This document shows, piece by piece, positions 9,315-18,716 of a stretch of 64,000 nucleotides of DNA. Each line of letters opens with the position of its first letter. Within the stretch, counting starts at the first letter, position 1. This DNA comes from an uncultured Gammaproteobacteria bacterium (GTDB lineage: Bacteria > Patescibacteriota > Microgenomatia > Levybacterales > GWA1-39-11). Made by a program: the position numbers and the translations under genes. Location: assembly GCA_964452165.1 (NCBI GenBank), contig CAYVKP010000001.1, forward strand, positions 268,110 to 332,109, in the 5' to 3' direction. A model generated the notes under the pieces. That model was not told where the DNA came from, searched no databases, and was given only the letters and a program-made list of their open reading frames with translations.

Positions 9315-10205
9315 ATGGCCGAAACTATTGGTTATTCTCCAGAAATTCGATTTTGGAAAGGGACAGATGCTGTATTAACTTCCCCCACAAGGATTCCCGC
9401 ACATGGTTATGAAGTGGTCAACGTTTTACTTCCACAAGGAAGCTTGCCTCACTTTTTGGTCGATCGCCCCGAACTTGCTCACGAAATGCACGCAGCAACA
9501 AGGAGTATTTTGGCTCAATGCGGGCTCGAGGTAGACGATAAAGGAAGTCAATTGTATGATACCATTCGAAATAATCCACGAATAGTAGACGATGAAGATG
9601 GAGTTAGATTAGCCGTTCAAGTAAATAACTACGCGGGCAGAGACATAAAGCTGCCAGAAGGCATTAAGTTATTTAGATCTTACTATCAAGATAGTAGAAC
9701 CGCTCTTAGAAATGGAGAGCTTCTTAAATTAGCCCGCGAAGGACAGATACAAGTTTCTGGAACGGAAGGAGAAGATTGGTTTTGGAGACATAACGCAGAC
9801 GATAAAATTGACGGAATGATTGTAAAGGTTTCCCCGGCAAGAAAGTGGATCGAGCCGGATTTATCAGCGCCCGCAATAGAAATTCCAAAGGAGGCAACGA
9901 GTAAAAATTATAGAGGCGAAATTGACAAGTTACTTGTTCCTGTTCCCGAGACACCCGAGATGAAGCTATGGATAGGTGAAACACAGCCTATCATAAAATT
10001 AGGCGACTCTGTATGTGCAATGATTCACTCAATGGTTTCTCCGGTTCTTCTGGGAGAGGGAGCTTTTGAAGCACAAGGAACCCATACAAGCTCGCGAGTT
10101 GTAGATGAAAATAGTCATTGGAGAATAAGACTTGAAGTTTTAAGTTCTACGCAGCGTGCGCAGGTTCCAAAACATGCCTTCATTTATTTTGTTAAAGCGG
10201 TTTAA
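9315..10205 (+). CDS. hypothetical protein (296 aa orphan) inserted after rpsG
   Basis: Long uninterrupted ORF with its own consensus promoter. Locally higher GC than the flanking ribosomal-protein genes. No recognisable motif. Confidence 0.5.
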   Translation: MAETIGYSPEIRFWKGTDAVLTSPTRIPAHGYEVVNVLLPQGSLPHFLVDRPELAHEMHAATRSILAQCGLEVDDKGSQLYDTIRNNPRIVDDEDGVRLAVQVNNYAGRDIKLPEGIKLFRSYYQDSRTALRNGELLKLAREGQIQVSGTEGEDWFWRHNADDKIDGMIVKVSPARKWIEPDLSAPAIEIPKEATSKNYRGEIDKLLVPVPETPEMKLWIGETQPIIKLGDSVCAMIHSMVSPVLLGEGAFEAQGTHTSSRVVDENSHWRIRLEVLSSTQRAQVPKHAFIYFVKAV

Positions 10206-10209
10206 GAAA

Positions 10210-10839
10210 TTATTGGACGTCGATTCCGAGGATTTTGTCGCCAATCGCAATACTTTTTACTACATCCATTCCTGCTGTAACTTTTCCAAAAATTGTATAT
10301 GCATGATCAAGCGCGGTATCTTTTTTCAGAATAAAGAATTGGCTGCTGTTGGTGTTGGGTCCGCGATTTGCCATTGCCAAAACTCCTTCAACGTATCCTG
10401 CTTTATAGCTTGGAGTATTTGGATTAAGTTCGTCCTCAAAAGTCGGTCCGTAGATTGAGGATCCACCGCCGCCGGTACCGGTTGGATCTCCACCTTGAAT
10501 TACCCAATCTTCAACTCGGTGAAATGTTAGATTATTATAAAATCCTTTTTTTGCGAGTGTTGCAAAGTTTGTGACAGTTTTTGCTGCTTCGCTTGCGTAA
10601 AGTTCCAATTCAATATTTCCCTTGACATTTTTGATAGTAGCTTTATTTGCGGAAATTCTGTCGTTTTCAGAAACCGTCGGAACAGGTTTTCCGGAAGGTT
10701 GGTCAGAAGACAATGGGTTACTGGTGGGAGTTGGAGTCAAAAAATTATCAGCTGTTGGTTGAGAAGAAGTTTTGGTTAACATATAAATTCCTATGAAGGC
10801 AAGTATTACGATCGTGACAAAAATTACTGCCGTTTTCAT
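10210..10839 (-). CDS. ppiB: cyclophilin-type peptidyl-prolyl cis-trans isomerase with N-terminal signal peptide or membrane anchor
   Basis: Motifs FHRVEDWVIQGGDPTGTGGGG and ..SQFFI.. . N-terminal hydrophobic segment MKTAVIFVTIVILAFIGIYML. Confidence 0.85.
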   Translation of the reverse strand: MKTAVIFVTIVILAFIGIYMLTKTSSQPTADNFLTPTPTSNPLSSDQPSGKPVPTVSENDRISANKATIKNVKGNIELELYASEAAKTVTNFATLAKKGFYNNLTFHRVEDWVIQGGDPTGTGGGGSSIYGPTFEDELNPNTPSYKAGYVEGVLAMANRGPNTNSSQFFILKKDTALDHAYTIFGKVTAGMDVVKSIAIGDKILGIDVQ

Positions 10840-10860
10840 CAGGTTATTATTGTAGACAAA

Positions 10861-11952
10861 CTAGATTTTTATTTCAATAAGATCTTTTGGAGATTTTGTT
10901 AATTGTTCGAGATTCGAACCGTTCCATAAATAGTCATCTTCTATTCTTACTCCACCAAAACCTGGAATATAAATTCCCGGCTCAATTGTAAACGTCATTC
11001 CATTTTTAATATAATCTTTCGCTCTTTTTGAAAGTCTGGGTGATTCATGAACCTCAAGTCCAATTCCATGCCCAAGTCCATGAGGCATTTTTGGAAAACC
11101 CTTTTTAACAATGTATTCATCTGCAACTTCCCAAGCCATTCGTCCGGACATTTTTTTATTCGTGTTGAGGTAATCGACGGCTGCCATCTGAGCCCCAAGA
11201 ACCGTCTCGTAAATTTTCCTAGCTTTGTTCGATGCATTTTTGGTGAGAAGTGTTCGGGTCATGTCAGCGCAATACCCATCAACTTTTGCACCGAAATCCA
11301 AAAGTATAAATTCATCTTTCTCCGATAGTTTTTTGTCCGACGTCAGGTGATGAGGGACCGAGCTATTCGTTCCAAAAGCAACAATTGAATCAAAAGCCAG
11401 AGTTCCGCCAAGTTTTTTTATGAACATTTCTATTTCCCATGCAACTTCTTTTTCAGTCATTCTAATTCTTACGTTCTTGAGAATATGAGAATAACAATCA
11501 TCAGTAAGTTTAGTGGCTTTTTTAATAGATTTTATTTCCTCGACATTTTTAATATTTCTAAAATCTTCGACTAAGTTATGAACCAATAAAAATCTTATGG
11601 AAATTTCTTTTTTAATTTTTTCGTATTCGGCGAATGTTAGATTGTGTTCAAAACCAATTATTTTGATTTTTTCTTTTTTAACAATTTGGTTAAGAGTTTT
11701 AGCGATTGGTTTTATCGTTACTTTTGCGTTTGCGGGCAAAGTTTTTTCAACCGCCTCAATATATCTTCCGTCAGTAAATAAAACCGCATTCAACTGGGAT
11801 ACAAAAAGATACGCTTCCCGTTCGTGAGTTGAAAAATTAGAATAACCGGTTAAATAGTGAATATTAACAGCAGACGAAACCAAAATCGCATCGATTTTGT
11901 TCGCCCGTAATTTTTTTTGAAGTTCTTTGACTCTGTTTCCAAACATAGCCAC
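10861..11952 (-). CDS. pepP: Xaa-Pro aminopeptidase / M24 family metallopeptidase
   Basis: M24 'pita-bread' motifs: ..DFGAKVDGYCADMTRT.. and ..HGLGHGIGLEVHE.. Confidence 0.85.
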   Translation of the reverse strand: MAMFGNRVKELQKKLRANKIDAILVSSAVNIHYLTGYSNFSTHEREAYLFVSQLNAVLFTDGRYIEAVEKTLPANAKVTIKPIAKTLNQIVKKEKIKIIGFEHNLTFAEYEKIKKEISIRFLLVHNLVEDFRNIKNVEEIKSIKKATKLTDDCYSHILKNVRIRMTEKEVAWEIEMFIKKLGGTLAFDSIVAFGTNSSVPHHLTSDKKLSEKDEFILLDFGAKVDGYCADMTRTLLTKNASNKARKIYETVLGAQMAAVDYLNTNKKMSGRMAWEVADEYIVKKGFPKMPHGLGHGIGLEVHESPRLSKRAKDYIKNGMTFTIEPGIYIPGFGGVRIEDDYLWNGSNLEQLTKSPKDLIEIKI

Positions 11953-11973
11953 GATTATAGCACAAGGATAAAT

Positions 11974-12393
11974 TTATCTAGGAGGGTAATAGGGGTGACG
12001 TCCAGTTTTTCTTCGGTAAGCCTCATCAATTGTGCGGCCATCAAGCGGTGCCCTGAGGCCTCCTACGTCCCAGCCCATATGAATAGCGCTCCTTATAATC
12101 ATAGGAGCATTGTGATGCTGCCAAAGTATGTTCGACTGAGCCATCGCCCGCAATTGGCCATAGATCATATCATCAGCGGATAATATATAAGACGTAGACC
12201 TCGTTTCGGTAGATGGAGTAGATTGATAAGTTGATTTTGGTTTAGGTGTCCAGCGGGGGATAAATCCCCAACTCCTAAATTTATCCCTCTGTGGTGTTGA
12301 AAGTTTTGCAAAAAAGGAATATTCTTCATTAAGACTCAAAGCTTTAACTCTTTGGAAAGTATTTTTTCCTGCTTCATCAAGTCTTTGCCTCAT
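11974..12393 (-). CDS. hypothetical protein (139 aa); shares a DK[LF][KR]SWG[LF]..P.PK[ST] motif with the upstream gene product
   Basis: ORF whose ATG overlaps the stop of the upstream gene (ATGA at 12390-12393). Motif ..QRDKFRSWGFIPRWTPKPKST.. Confidence 0.4.
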   Translation of the reverse strand: MRQRLDEAGKNTFQRVKALSLNEEYSFFAKLSTPQRDKFRSWGFIPRWTPKPKSTYQSTPSTETRSTSYILSADDMIYGQLRAMAQSNILWQHHNAPMIIRSAIHMGWDVGGLRAPLDGRTIDEAYRRKTGRHPYYPPR

Positions 12394-12842
12394 TTCGCCA
12401 AGTTGTTGTTTTCTTGTTCGAGTACTTCAATTTCCCCTTCAATCAGTTCCTGTCTGGTTTTTGGGGCTGGAAGTTTTAGTCCCCAGCTTTTTAATTTATC
12501 CTGTGCTTGTTCTGGTAAACCCGATAGGTAATTAACTCTCTCCTCATCTGTCATCGTGGTATTTAGCATGCTAACCGTGCTTCTTCCCAATTCGCCAATC
12601 TCTTTTACTATTTTTCCTAATTTGTCGAGTTCTGACCCAACAGTGTCGATACGCGTGGGTGCTAACTCAGAAGACAGCGGAACAGGTGATTCCACGGACT
12701 CAGACACTGATAAAGGATTTACTTCAGGTTTTGGAGCGGGAGAAGCACTATTTATGGAAGTCTTTGGTTTTTCGCGACCTCTTGACTCTATTTCACGCCT
12801 CCAGCGACTTAATTGTCCAGGGAGGCGATGTTCGCGTCTCAT
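12390..12842 (-). CDS. hypothetical protein (150 aa), Ser/Pro-rich N-terminal part and coiled-coil-like C-terminus
   Basis: First gene of a two-gene minus-strand unit. Contains ..QDKLKSWGLKLPAPKTRQ.. Confidence 0.4.
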   Translation of the reverse strand: MRREHRLPGQLSRWRREIESRGREKPKTSINSASPAPKPEVNPLSVSESVESPVPLSSELAPTRIDTVGSELDKLGKIVKEIGELGRSTVSMLNTTMTDEERVNYLSGLPEQAQDKLKSWGLKLPAPKTRQELIEGEIEVLEQENNNLAK

Positions 12843-12890
12843 GGTTGTATTATATTCCTAAATTACTCACAGTCAATTGAGACCGGAGTA

Positions 12891-12919
12891 TTTACATTGA
12901 GGCTCATTTTTTGTAAAAT
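12891..12919 (+). promoter_or_regulatory. fusA promoter (TTTACA-17-TAAAAT with upstream TG)
   Basis: TTTACA at 12891-12896, 17-nt spacer, TG then TAAAAT at 12914-12919. ~38-nt leader to the fusA ATG. Confidence 0.4.
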
Positions 12920-12957
12920 AACAAAGCGTTCGAGATTTCGGGCGAATTTTTTTATTT

Positions 12958-15105
12958 ATGGCTGATTCATCACGACAAGTACCGCTAGACAAAATTCGTA
13001 ATATTGGAATTATTGCGCATATTGACGCAGGTAAAACTACAACCTCAGAACGTATCCTTTACTACACGGGAAAATCTTACAAAATTGGAGATATTGATGA
13101 AGGTAACACCGTAATGGACTGGATGGATCAGGAGAGGGAAAGAGGAATCACTATTGTTTCTGCCGCAACCACAACTTTCTGGACCCACTCGCCGCTTGGT
13201 CGCTCTGCAGGACAAGAAGAAGCATACAGAATTAATTTAATTGACACCCCCGGACACGTTGACTTTACAGCAGAGGTCGAACGTTCACTTCGTGTTCTCG
13301 ACGGAGCAGTAACCGTTCTTGACGCCGAAGAAGGAGTTCAATCGCAGTCTGAAACTGTTTGGAGACAAGCCGATAAATATCATGTTCCAAGAATTTGTTT
13401 CATCAATAAAATGGACAAACTCGGAGCGGATTTTCTAAAAACAGTTAAGTCCATTGAGGATCGCCTTGGAGCAAATCCTTGCATTATGGTTCTTCCAATC
13501 GGAGCAGAAAGTGATTTCAAAGGAGTAGTAGATCTTCTTAATATGAAATCACTTACTTGGGGCGGAGAAGAGCTAGGCGCAAAATATGATGTCTCAGATG
13601 AAATCCCGGCTGACATGAAGGCGCAAGTTGATGAATATCGCCACAAAATGATTGAGAAAATTGCGGAAAACAATGATAACCTTCTCGAAAAATATCTCAA
13701 CAATGAAGAGATCTCAAATGAAGAACTAAAACAGGGACTCAGAAATGCAGTTGTTGGTTACAAGCTCGTCCCGATTTATGCAGGTACATCTTTGCGTAAT
13801 AAAGGGGTTCAGCCACTTCTTGATGCCGTTGTTGACTATCTTCCTTCTCCGGCAGATCTTGGAGAGGTTAAGGGAATTAATCCAAAAACAAACACCGAGG
13901 AAGTTCGCAAATTAGTGCCGGAAGAAGCGTTTACGGGTTTTGCATTCAAAGTCCAGATTGATCCACACGTTGGAAAAATTACATTCGTACGTATTTACTC
14001 AGGTAAGCTTGTGTCTGGTTCTTACGCCTATAATTCAACTCGCGATATAAAAGAGAGAGTTGGTCGCCTCCTTCTCATGCATTCAAACCAGAGAGAAGAA
14101 ATTAAAGAAGCGTATGCAGGAGAAATAGTTGCAGTCGTAGGTTTGAAAGATACCATTACCGGAGACACTGTTTGCGATGAGACAAAGCCTGTAATTTTGG
14201 AAAAAATTACGTTTCCCGAACCTGTTATTTCCTTGGCTATTGAGCCTAAGACAAAGTCAGACCAAGAGAAAATGGGATTGGCCTTGAGACGTCTCATGGA
14301 GGAAGATCCGACATTCACGGTCAAAACAAACCATGAGACAAATCAGACGATCATTTCTGGAGTTGGAGAATTGCAGCTCGAGATTATGGTAGACCGCATG
14401 AAACGCGAATTTAATGTCGGCGCAAACGTGGGTGCTCCACAGGTCGCGTACAAAGAAACGGTTGGAGTTGAGACAACAGGTGAGGGTAAATACATAAAAC
14501 AAACAGGAGGACATGGACAGTACGGACATTGTTGGCTTAGGGTTACGCCTAATCCAAGGGGTGAAGGTTTTGAGTTTATAAACCAGATTAAAGGAGGAGC
14601 GATTCCCTCAGAATTTATTGGTTCAATTGAAAAGGGAGTCAAAGAGACTCTTGAAAAAGGAATACTGCTTGGATATCCCGTAGTTGACTTGAAAGTTGCA
14701 GTATATGATGGATCTTATCATGATGTAGACTCATCAGACATCGCATTCAAAATCGCCGCCTCAATGGCATTACAAGCAGCAAGTAAAAAAGCAGACATGA
14801 AATTGCTAGAGCCTATCATGAAAGTTGAAGTTACAACTCCCGAAGAGTTTATGGGAGACGTAATTGGCGACCTATCAGCAAAAAGGGCTCAGATTTCCGG
14901 AAGCGAAGAGCGTGGAAATGCCAGGATAATCTTGGCGCTGGTTCCACTCGCCGAGCTTTCAGGATACGCAACCACCTTGCGTTCAATGTCTCAGGGCCGT
15001 GCTACATATTATATGGAGCCATCTCATTATGAAGAAGTTCCAAACAATATTGTCCAAGCAATGCTTGCCAAATCAACATTTACCGGTCGCATAAACGCAC
15101 AATAA
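12958..15105 (+). CDS. fusA: elongation factor G
   Basis: [23 protein letters not shown] GTPase motifs. 715 aa. Confidence 0.97.
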   Translation: MADSSRQVPLDKIRNIGIIAHIDAGKTTTSERILYYTGKSYKIGDIDEGNTVMDWMDQERERGITIVSAATTTFWTHSPLGRSAGQEEAYRINLIDTPGHVDFTAEVERSLRVLDGAVTVLDAEEGVQSQSETVWRQADKYHVPRICFINKMDKLGADFLKTVKSIEDRLGANPCIMVLPIGAESDFKGVVDLLNMKSLTWGGEELGAKYDVSDEIPADMKAQVDEYRHKMIEKIAENNDNLLEKYLNNEEISNEELKQGLRNAVVGYKLVPIYAGTSLRNKGVQPLLDAVVDYLPSPADLGEVKGINPKTNTEEVRKLVPEEAFTGFAFKVQIDPHVGKITFVRIYSGKLVSGSYAYNSTRDIKERVGRLLLMHSNQREEIKEAYAGEIVAVVGLKDTITGDTVCDETKPVILEKITFPEPVISLAIEPKTKSDQEKMGLALRRLMEEDPTFTVKTNHETNQTIISGVGELQLEIMVDRMKREFNVGANVGAPQVAYKETVGVETTGEGKYIKQTGGHGQYGHCWLRVTPNPRGEGFEFINQIKGGAIPSEFIGSIEKGVKETLEKGILLGYPVVDLKVAVYDGSYHDVDSSDIAFKIAASMALQAASKKADMKLLEPIMKVEVTTPEEFMGDVIGDLSAKRAQISGSEERGNARIILALVPLAELSGYATTLRSMSQGRATYYMEPSHYEEVPNNIVQAMLAKSTFTGRINAQ

Positions 15106-15154
15106 CCTCCTCCATTATTTGACATCAATAAAACTTTTGTTCTAAACTGGTATT

Positions 15155-15496
15155 ATGCTTTCATTAAAGCGCGATCACGAACTCTTTTGGATCCTTGAAG
15201 TATTGCTTCTTACGCCGGTAGCGCTTTTCTGGTCCGGAGTAATTTCCATGATGGTCAGTCCGTCAAGTAAGTTATTCGACTCAGTTATTGGTAATCCAAT
15301 AGATCCGGCAAGATCCGTACTTATTACCATATTATGTCCGTCAATCGCTGCTTGGCTTGCTTTTAAATACATCTCTGAAAATAAAAAGGGAAAAGATACG
15401 GCTCACAAGATTGCAAAGTATATAATAATTGTCAGCTTACTAAGCATAGCACTTGTGATAATTTATCTTTACGGTCAGCACGCCCCCAGATACTAA
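15155..15496 (+). CDS. hypothetical small membrane protein
   Basis: 113 aa with 3 predicted hydrophobic helices. Sits downstream of fusA. Confidence 0.35.
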   Translation: MLSLKRDHELFWILEVLLLTPVALFWSGVISMMVSPSSKLFDSVIGNPIDPARSVLITILCPSIAAWLAFKYISENKKGKDTAHKIAKYIIIVSLLSIALVIIYLYGQHAPRY

Positions 15497-15542
15497 AATT
15501 AGCCTCAAAACCTTCAAAAAAGTTACAATTTGTGTATAATGT

Positions 15543-16505
15543 TTGCGACATATGAAAGTTGTTCCTGAAGCAAATCTCAAGGAATTTTTGTGGTACAAAA
15601 TTGGCGGTTTGGCGCGTTTTCTAATTGACGTTACTGATAAGGAAGATCTCAAAAAAGCTTTAGAATTTTTAAAAAAAGAAAAAATTAAAAAGATTTTTTT
15701 CTTGGGATCCGGTAGTAATTTAATTTTCTCAGATGATTACTTTGATGGAGGGGTTCTGCGTTTTATTCCGGGGAAAATTGAACTTCTTAAGCAGCATATA
15801 GTTCGCGTAGATGCCGGAGTGGTTTTGGACGATGTCATAAGATTTGCGTTTGACAATAATTTAGTAGGTCTTGAATGGGCAGGTGGACTTCCGGGAGATG
15901 TGGGGGCTGCCATCCGCGGAAACGTAGGAGCCTTTGGTGGGGAAATAAAGGATTCCGTTGCGCAAGCTGAAGTTTTCCAACTTACAAACAATAAACCAGA
16001 ATTTAAAAAATTAAAAAGATTTGAACTTAAATTTTCGTATCGTAATTCAATCGTAAAAAAGAAAAAATTGGGTGTTGTGTCGGCAACTTTTCGCTTAAAA
16101 CCGGCAGCTCCCGATGAACTTCTCCGTGCAAGACAAACCTATCTCAATAACATTGAATACAGAAAAGTTCGTCATCCCTTAGAGTATCCTAATTGTGGTT
16201 CGGTCTTCAAAAACATTTCGGATCCTGAGCACATTAAAAAAATTCTGGAAGTTTTACCGGATCTCGAAGAGAAGATAAAACGGGACTGGCATGGAAAAGT
16301 CGCAATGGGATATTTGATAAAGCGTTTGGATCTGTCAGAATACCGCGTGGGACAAGCAATGATTTCACCAAAGCATTGTAACTTTATAGTAAACCTTGGA
16401 AATGCGAAAGCGACAGATGTTTTATCCATAATAAAGGCAGTTCAAGAAAAATTTATTGAAGTATTCGATTTTATGCCAGAAGTGGAGGTGGAGATAGTTG
16501 AATAA
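15543..16505 (+). CDS. murB: UDP-N-acetylenolpyruvoylglucosamine reductase (FAD-binding)
   Basis: ..KIGGLARFLIDV..FLGSGSNLIF.. N-terminal FAD-binding pattern and a MurB-like C-terminal domain. Alternative start at 15552. Confidence 0.8.
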   Translation: MRHMKVVPEANLKEFLWYKIGGLARFLIDVTDKEDLKKALEFLKKEKIKKIFFLGSGSNLIFSDDYFDGGVLRFIPGKIELLKQHIVRVDAGVVLDDVIRFAFDNNLVGLEWAGGLPGDVGAAIRGNVGAFGGEIKDSVAQAEVFQLTNNKPEFKKLKRFELKFSYRNSIVKKKKLGVVSATFRLKPAAPDELLRARQTYLNNIEYRKVRHPLEYPNCGSVFKNISDPEHIKKILEVLPDLEEKIKRDWHGKVAMGYLIKRLDLSEYRVGQAMISPKHCNFIVNLGNAKATDVLSIIKAVQEKFIEVFDFMPEVEVEIVE

Positions 16506-16527
16506 AAAATTAGCCTATACAATTATA

Positions 16528-16668
16528 ATGTTGGTTTTAGTCGTTATCGACTGGCTTACTTTTCATGATTTTTTGAAAGGTGAATCGTACAATTTGGTTC
16601 AAATCTTAACGGGAGCAATAAGCGTTCCGCTATTTATCATCTTAGGAGAAGAGGTATTTAAGAAATAG
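16528..16668 (+). CDS. possible 46-aa small membrane protein, below the ORF-track length cutoff
   Basis: ATG 16528 to TAG. Translation MLVLVVIDWLTFHDFLKGESYNLVQILTGAISVPLFIILGEEVFKK has two hydrophobic stretches. No Shine-Dalgarno sequence. Weak call. Confidence 0.2.
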   Translation: MLVLVVIDWLTFHDFLKGESYNLVQILTGAISVPLFIILGEEVFKK

Positions 16669-16689
16669 GTAAAATTCTTACTTGACATT

Positions 16690-16716
16690 AGTTTAAATCT
16701 GAGCATATAACTAATT
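16690..16716 (+). promoter_or_regulatory. promoter TTGACA-18-TATAAC for the 16717 orphan gene
   Basis: ..cttacTTGACAttagtttaaatctgagcaTATAACtaattATG. Confidence 0.35.
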
Positions 16717-17439
16717 ATGGCTAATGCAGCAGTGGAAGCCGAACCCTCATCTCTACCGTTCACCAATATATACGGTGAGCCAAGACCACCAACCGAAAGA
16801 CAAACTACCCACAACCAGTTAAGAAAAAGCCACATAGAAAAAATTGGAGCCCCATTAACAGAGCAAGACGTAGTGGTTTATAAGGTTGAAGCGACTCGAA
16901 TGGATTTCTGGAAGAATGGATTTTGGGATGCGTCTGATCTTAAGGATATAACCGAATTCATATTCGAAGGACAAGCCACCCGGGCTCCCGATCCTGCCCC
17001 CTTAACTATAAGAATTGAAAACAACATGGAGGAAATTATAAACTCCAAAGGAGCATCTATAGCATTAAACTTAGGACTCGAGGATGGAAATCTGTGGGGG
17101 ATAGAGGCTGATGTTCCTATGCGGACAAAGGAAAAAGACCCCGAACCATTGAGATGGGTGAGGGGAATAGTAGGTCAGAATACAGAAGATCTTGCAAGCA
17201 AGGACCAGGTGGGAGATCAATTTCACTCCGGTCATATCGAGCATAAACTTGATATCGCCCAGAAGTTACAACGCGTGATTGCAGAAGCAATAAAGGACCA
17301 GGAACCAGTACATGACTCAAGGAAACAATTTGGACCAGAGTTAAAATGGGACTATGAAGAAGAAGGTCAAGAGCAAGAGGAGCAACAAGAACCACAAAGC
17401 AACATAGTCGTTTTGTCCGAGAGGCATAAAACAGCTTGA
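16717..17439 (+). CDS. hypothetical protein (240 aa) with a highly acidic C-terminus
   Basis: Uninterrupted ORF with its own promoter. GC around 46% in sampled lines, against ~38-40% in neighbouring genes. EEEGQEQEEQQEPQ tail. Confidence 0.45.
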   Translation: MANAAVEAEPSSLPFTNIYGEPRPPTERQTTHNQLRKSHIEKIGAPLTEQDVVVYKVEATRMDFWKNGFWDASDLKDITEFIFEGQATRAPDPAPLTIRIENNMEEIINSKGASIALNLGLEDGNLWGIEADVPMRTKEKDPEPLRWVRGIVGQNTEDLASKDQVGDQFHSGHIEHKLDIAQKLQRVIAEAIKDQEPVHDSRKQFGPELKWDYEEEGQEQEEQQEPQSNIVVLSERHKTA

Positions 17440-17473
17440 CTCACTTTCAAATTATCCTGTAGAATTTAATTTC

Positions 17474-18040
17474 ATGGACCTTCTTAAATTTAACATCCTA
17501 TGGATGGCCGTTAATGTCTTCCTTGCATTTATTCCGGTTGCGGCGGGTTTCCTAATGCTCAAAAATAAATCTAAAATCATAAAAATCCTAGCCGGTATTG
17601 TTTGGATTATTTTTTTGCCTAACTCAATTTATCTTTTGACAGACATAACTCATTTTTTTGAAGACGCGCCCAAGTTAAAGGGTGACCTTTTGTATTTTGA
17701 TCTTTTCCTATACTTGATGTTAGTAGTTTTTGGAATTCTGACATTTATTTTGTCTGTTTATCCATTTGAAAAAGTTTTTACCAAGAAAACTAAAAAAGGA
17801 ATGAAATCAAATTTGAAAATATTGTTCGGGCTAAATTTATTGGTAGGTTTTGGAATGGTTTTAGGTCGCTTTCAAAGAACAAATTCATGGGAGATTTTTA
17901 CCAACACAAAAAGAGTAGTCATGGATACTCTACACACCTTCTCATCGCTAGAGCTTATGATTATGGTAGTAATTTTTGCCGTGTTGTGTCAGATAATCTA
18001 TACAACTTTTGATGAAGTGGTTCTAAGGAATATTAGGTGA
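17474..18040 (+). CDS. integral membrane protein (DUF1361-like), 4-5 transmembrane helices
   Basis: Hydrophobic profile. ..IFLPNSIYLLTDITHF.. pattern. Confidence 0.5.
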   Translation: MDLLKFNILWMAVNVFLAFIPVAAGFLMLKNKSKIIKILAGIVWIIFLPNSIYLLTDITHFFEDAPKLKGDLLYFDLFLYLMLVVFGILTFILSVYPFEKVFTKKTKKGMKSNLKILFGLNLLVGFGMVLGRFQRTNSWEIFTNTKRVVMDTLHTFSSLELMIMVVIFAVLCQIIYTTFDEVVLRNIR

Positions 18041-18682
18041 TTATTTTGGTTCGTTTGCAAGACTCCTCCATAAAATAATTGCAGCATAAGTCCTGAAGGG
18101 TGCCCATTTCCTTGATAGTCTTTCCATTTGTTTGACTGTTGGTTTTTGTTTTATCTTATAAGATTTTTTAATAGCGTTTTGTAGACCCAAATCCCCAAAA
18201 GAGAAAATATCCGGTCTACCCAAAGAAAACATCAAAAACATTTCAGCAGTCCATCTCCCAATTCCTTTAATTGCAATTAACTCTTCAATAATTACATCAC
18301 TTTCCAGTCGTTCGAATTTATTTAGTTCAACTGAACCTTCCATAACTTTAGTAGCCAAATCTTTTAAATAAGAAATCTTTTGTCTCGAAAGACCAACGGA
18401 TCTCATCTGTTCATCTGTTAATTTCAATAAACCTTTTGGTGTAATATTTTTTTTGAAAAACAAATTTTCGAATCTTTCAAAAATAGTAGATGCAGCTTTT
18501 ACAGAGAGCTGTTGTCCGACAATCGACCTAAGCAGTCTATAAAAAGGATCGGGATGAGCCCTTAGTTCAAAAGGTTCGATCACCGTCGCAATTGCATGTA
18601 GAATTGGATCCGTTGTTTTAAAATGCTTAATTGCTTTTTTATACATAGTCTTCTCTACTTTTGAGCGACCAAAAGTAGGCAA
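18041..18682 (-). CDS. alkA: HhH-GPD family DNA glycosylase (3-methyladenine DNA glycosylase II / AlkA-like)
   Basis: ..LIAIKGIGRWTAEMFLMFSLGRPDIFSFGDLGL.. helix-hairpin-helix with Gly/Pro-rich loop and catalytic Asp. Confidence 0.8.
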   Translation of the reverse strand: MPTFGRSKVEKTMYKKAIKHFKTTDPILHAIATVIEPFELRAHPDPFYRLLRSIVGQQLSVKAASTIFERFENLFFKKNITPKGLLKLTDEQMRSVGLSRQKISYLKDLATKVMEGSVELNKFERLESDVIIEELIAIKGIGRWTAEMFLMFSLGRPDIFSFGDLGLQNAIKKSYKIKQKPTVKQMERLSRKWAPFRTYAAIILWRSLANEPK

Positions 18683-18716
18683 AAGTCGTTAAAAAACACA
18701 ATGCTATAATTCTTGT

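Noticed and set aside
9016-9378. 120-aa + strand ORF spanning the rpsG 3' end and the 9315 gene start
   Set aside because: Lies in an alternative frame of rpsG and crosses the intergenic promoter, so it is a frame artefact.
16599-16835. Minus-strand 78-aa ORF overlapping the 16717 gene promoter and start
   Set aside because: Antisense to a longer ORF with a good promoter. Cys/Trp-rich translation typical of an antisense artefact.
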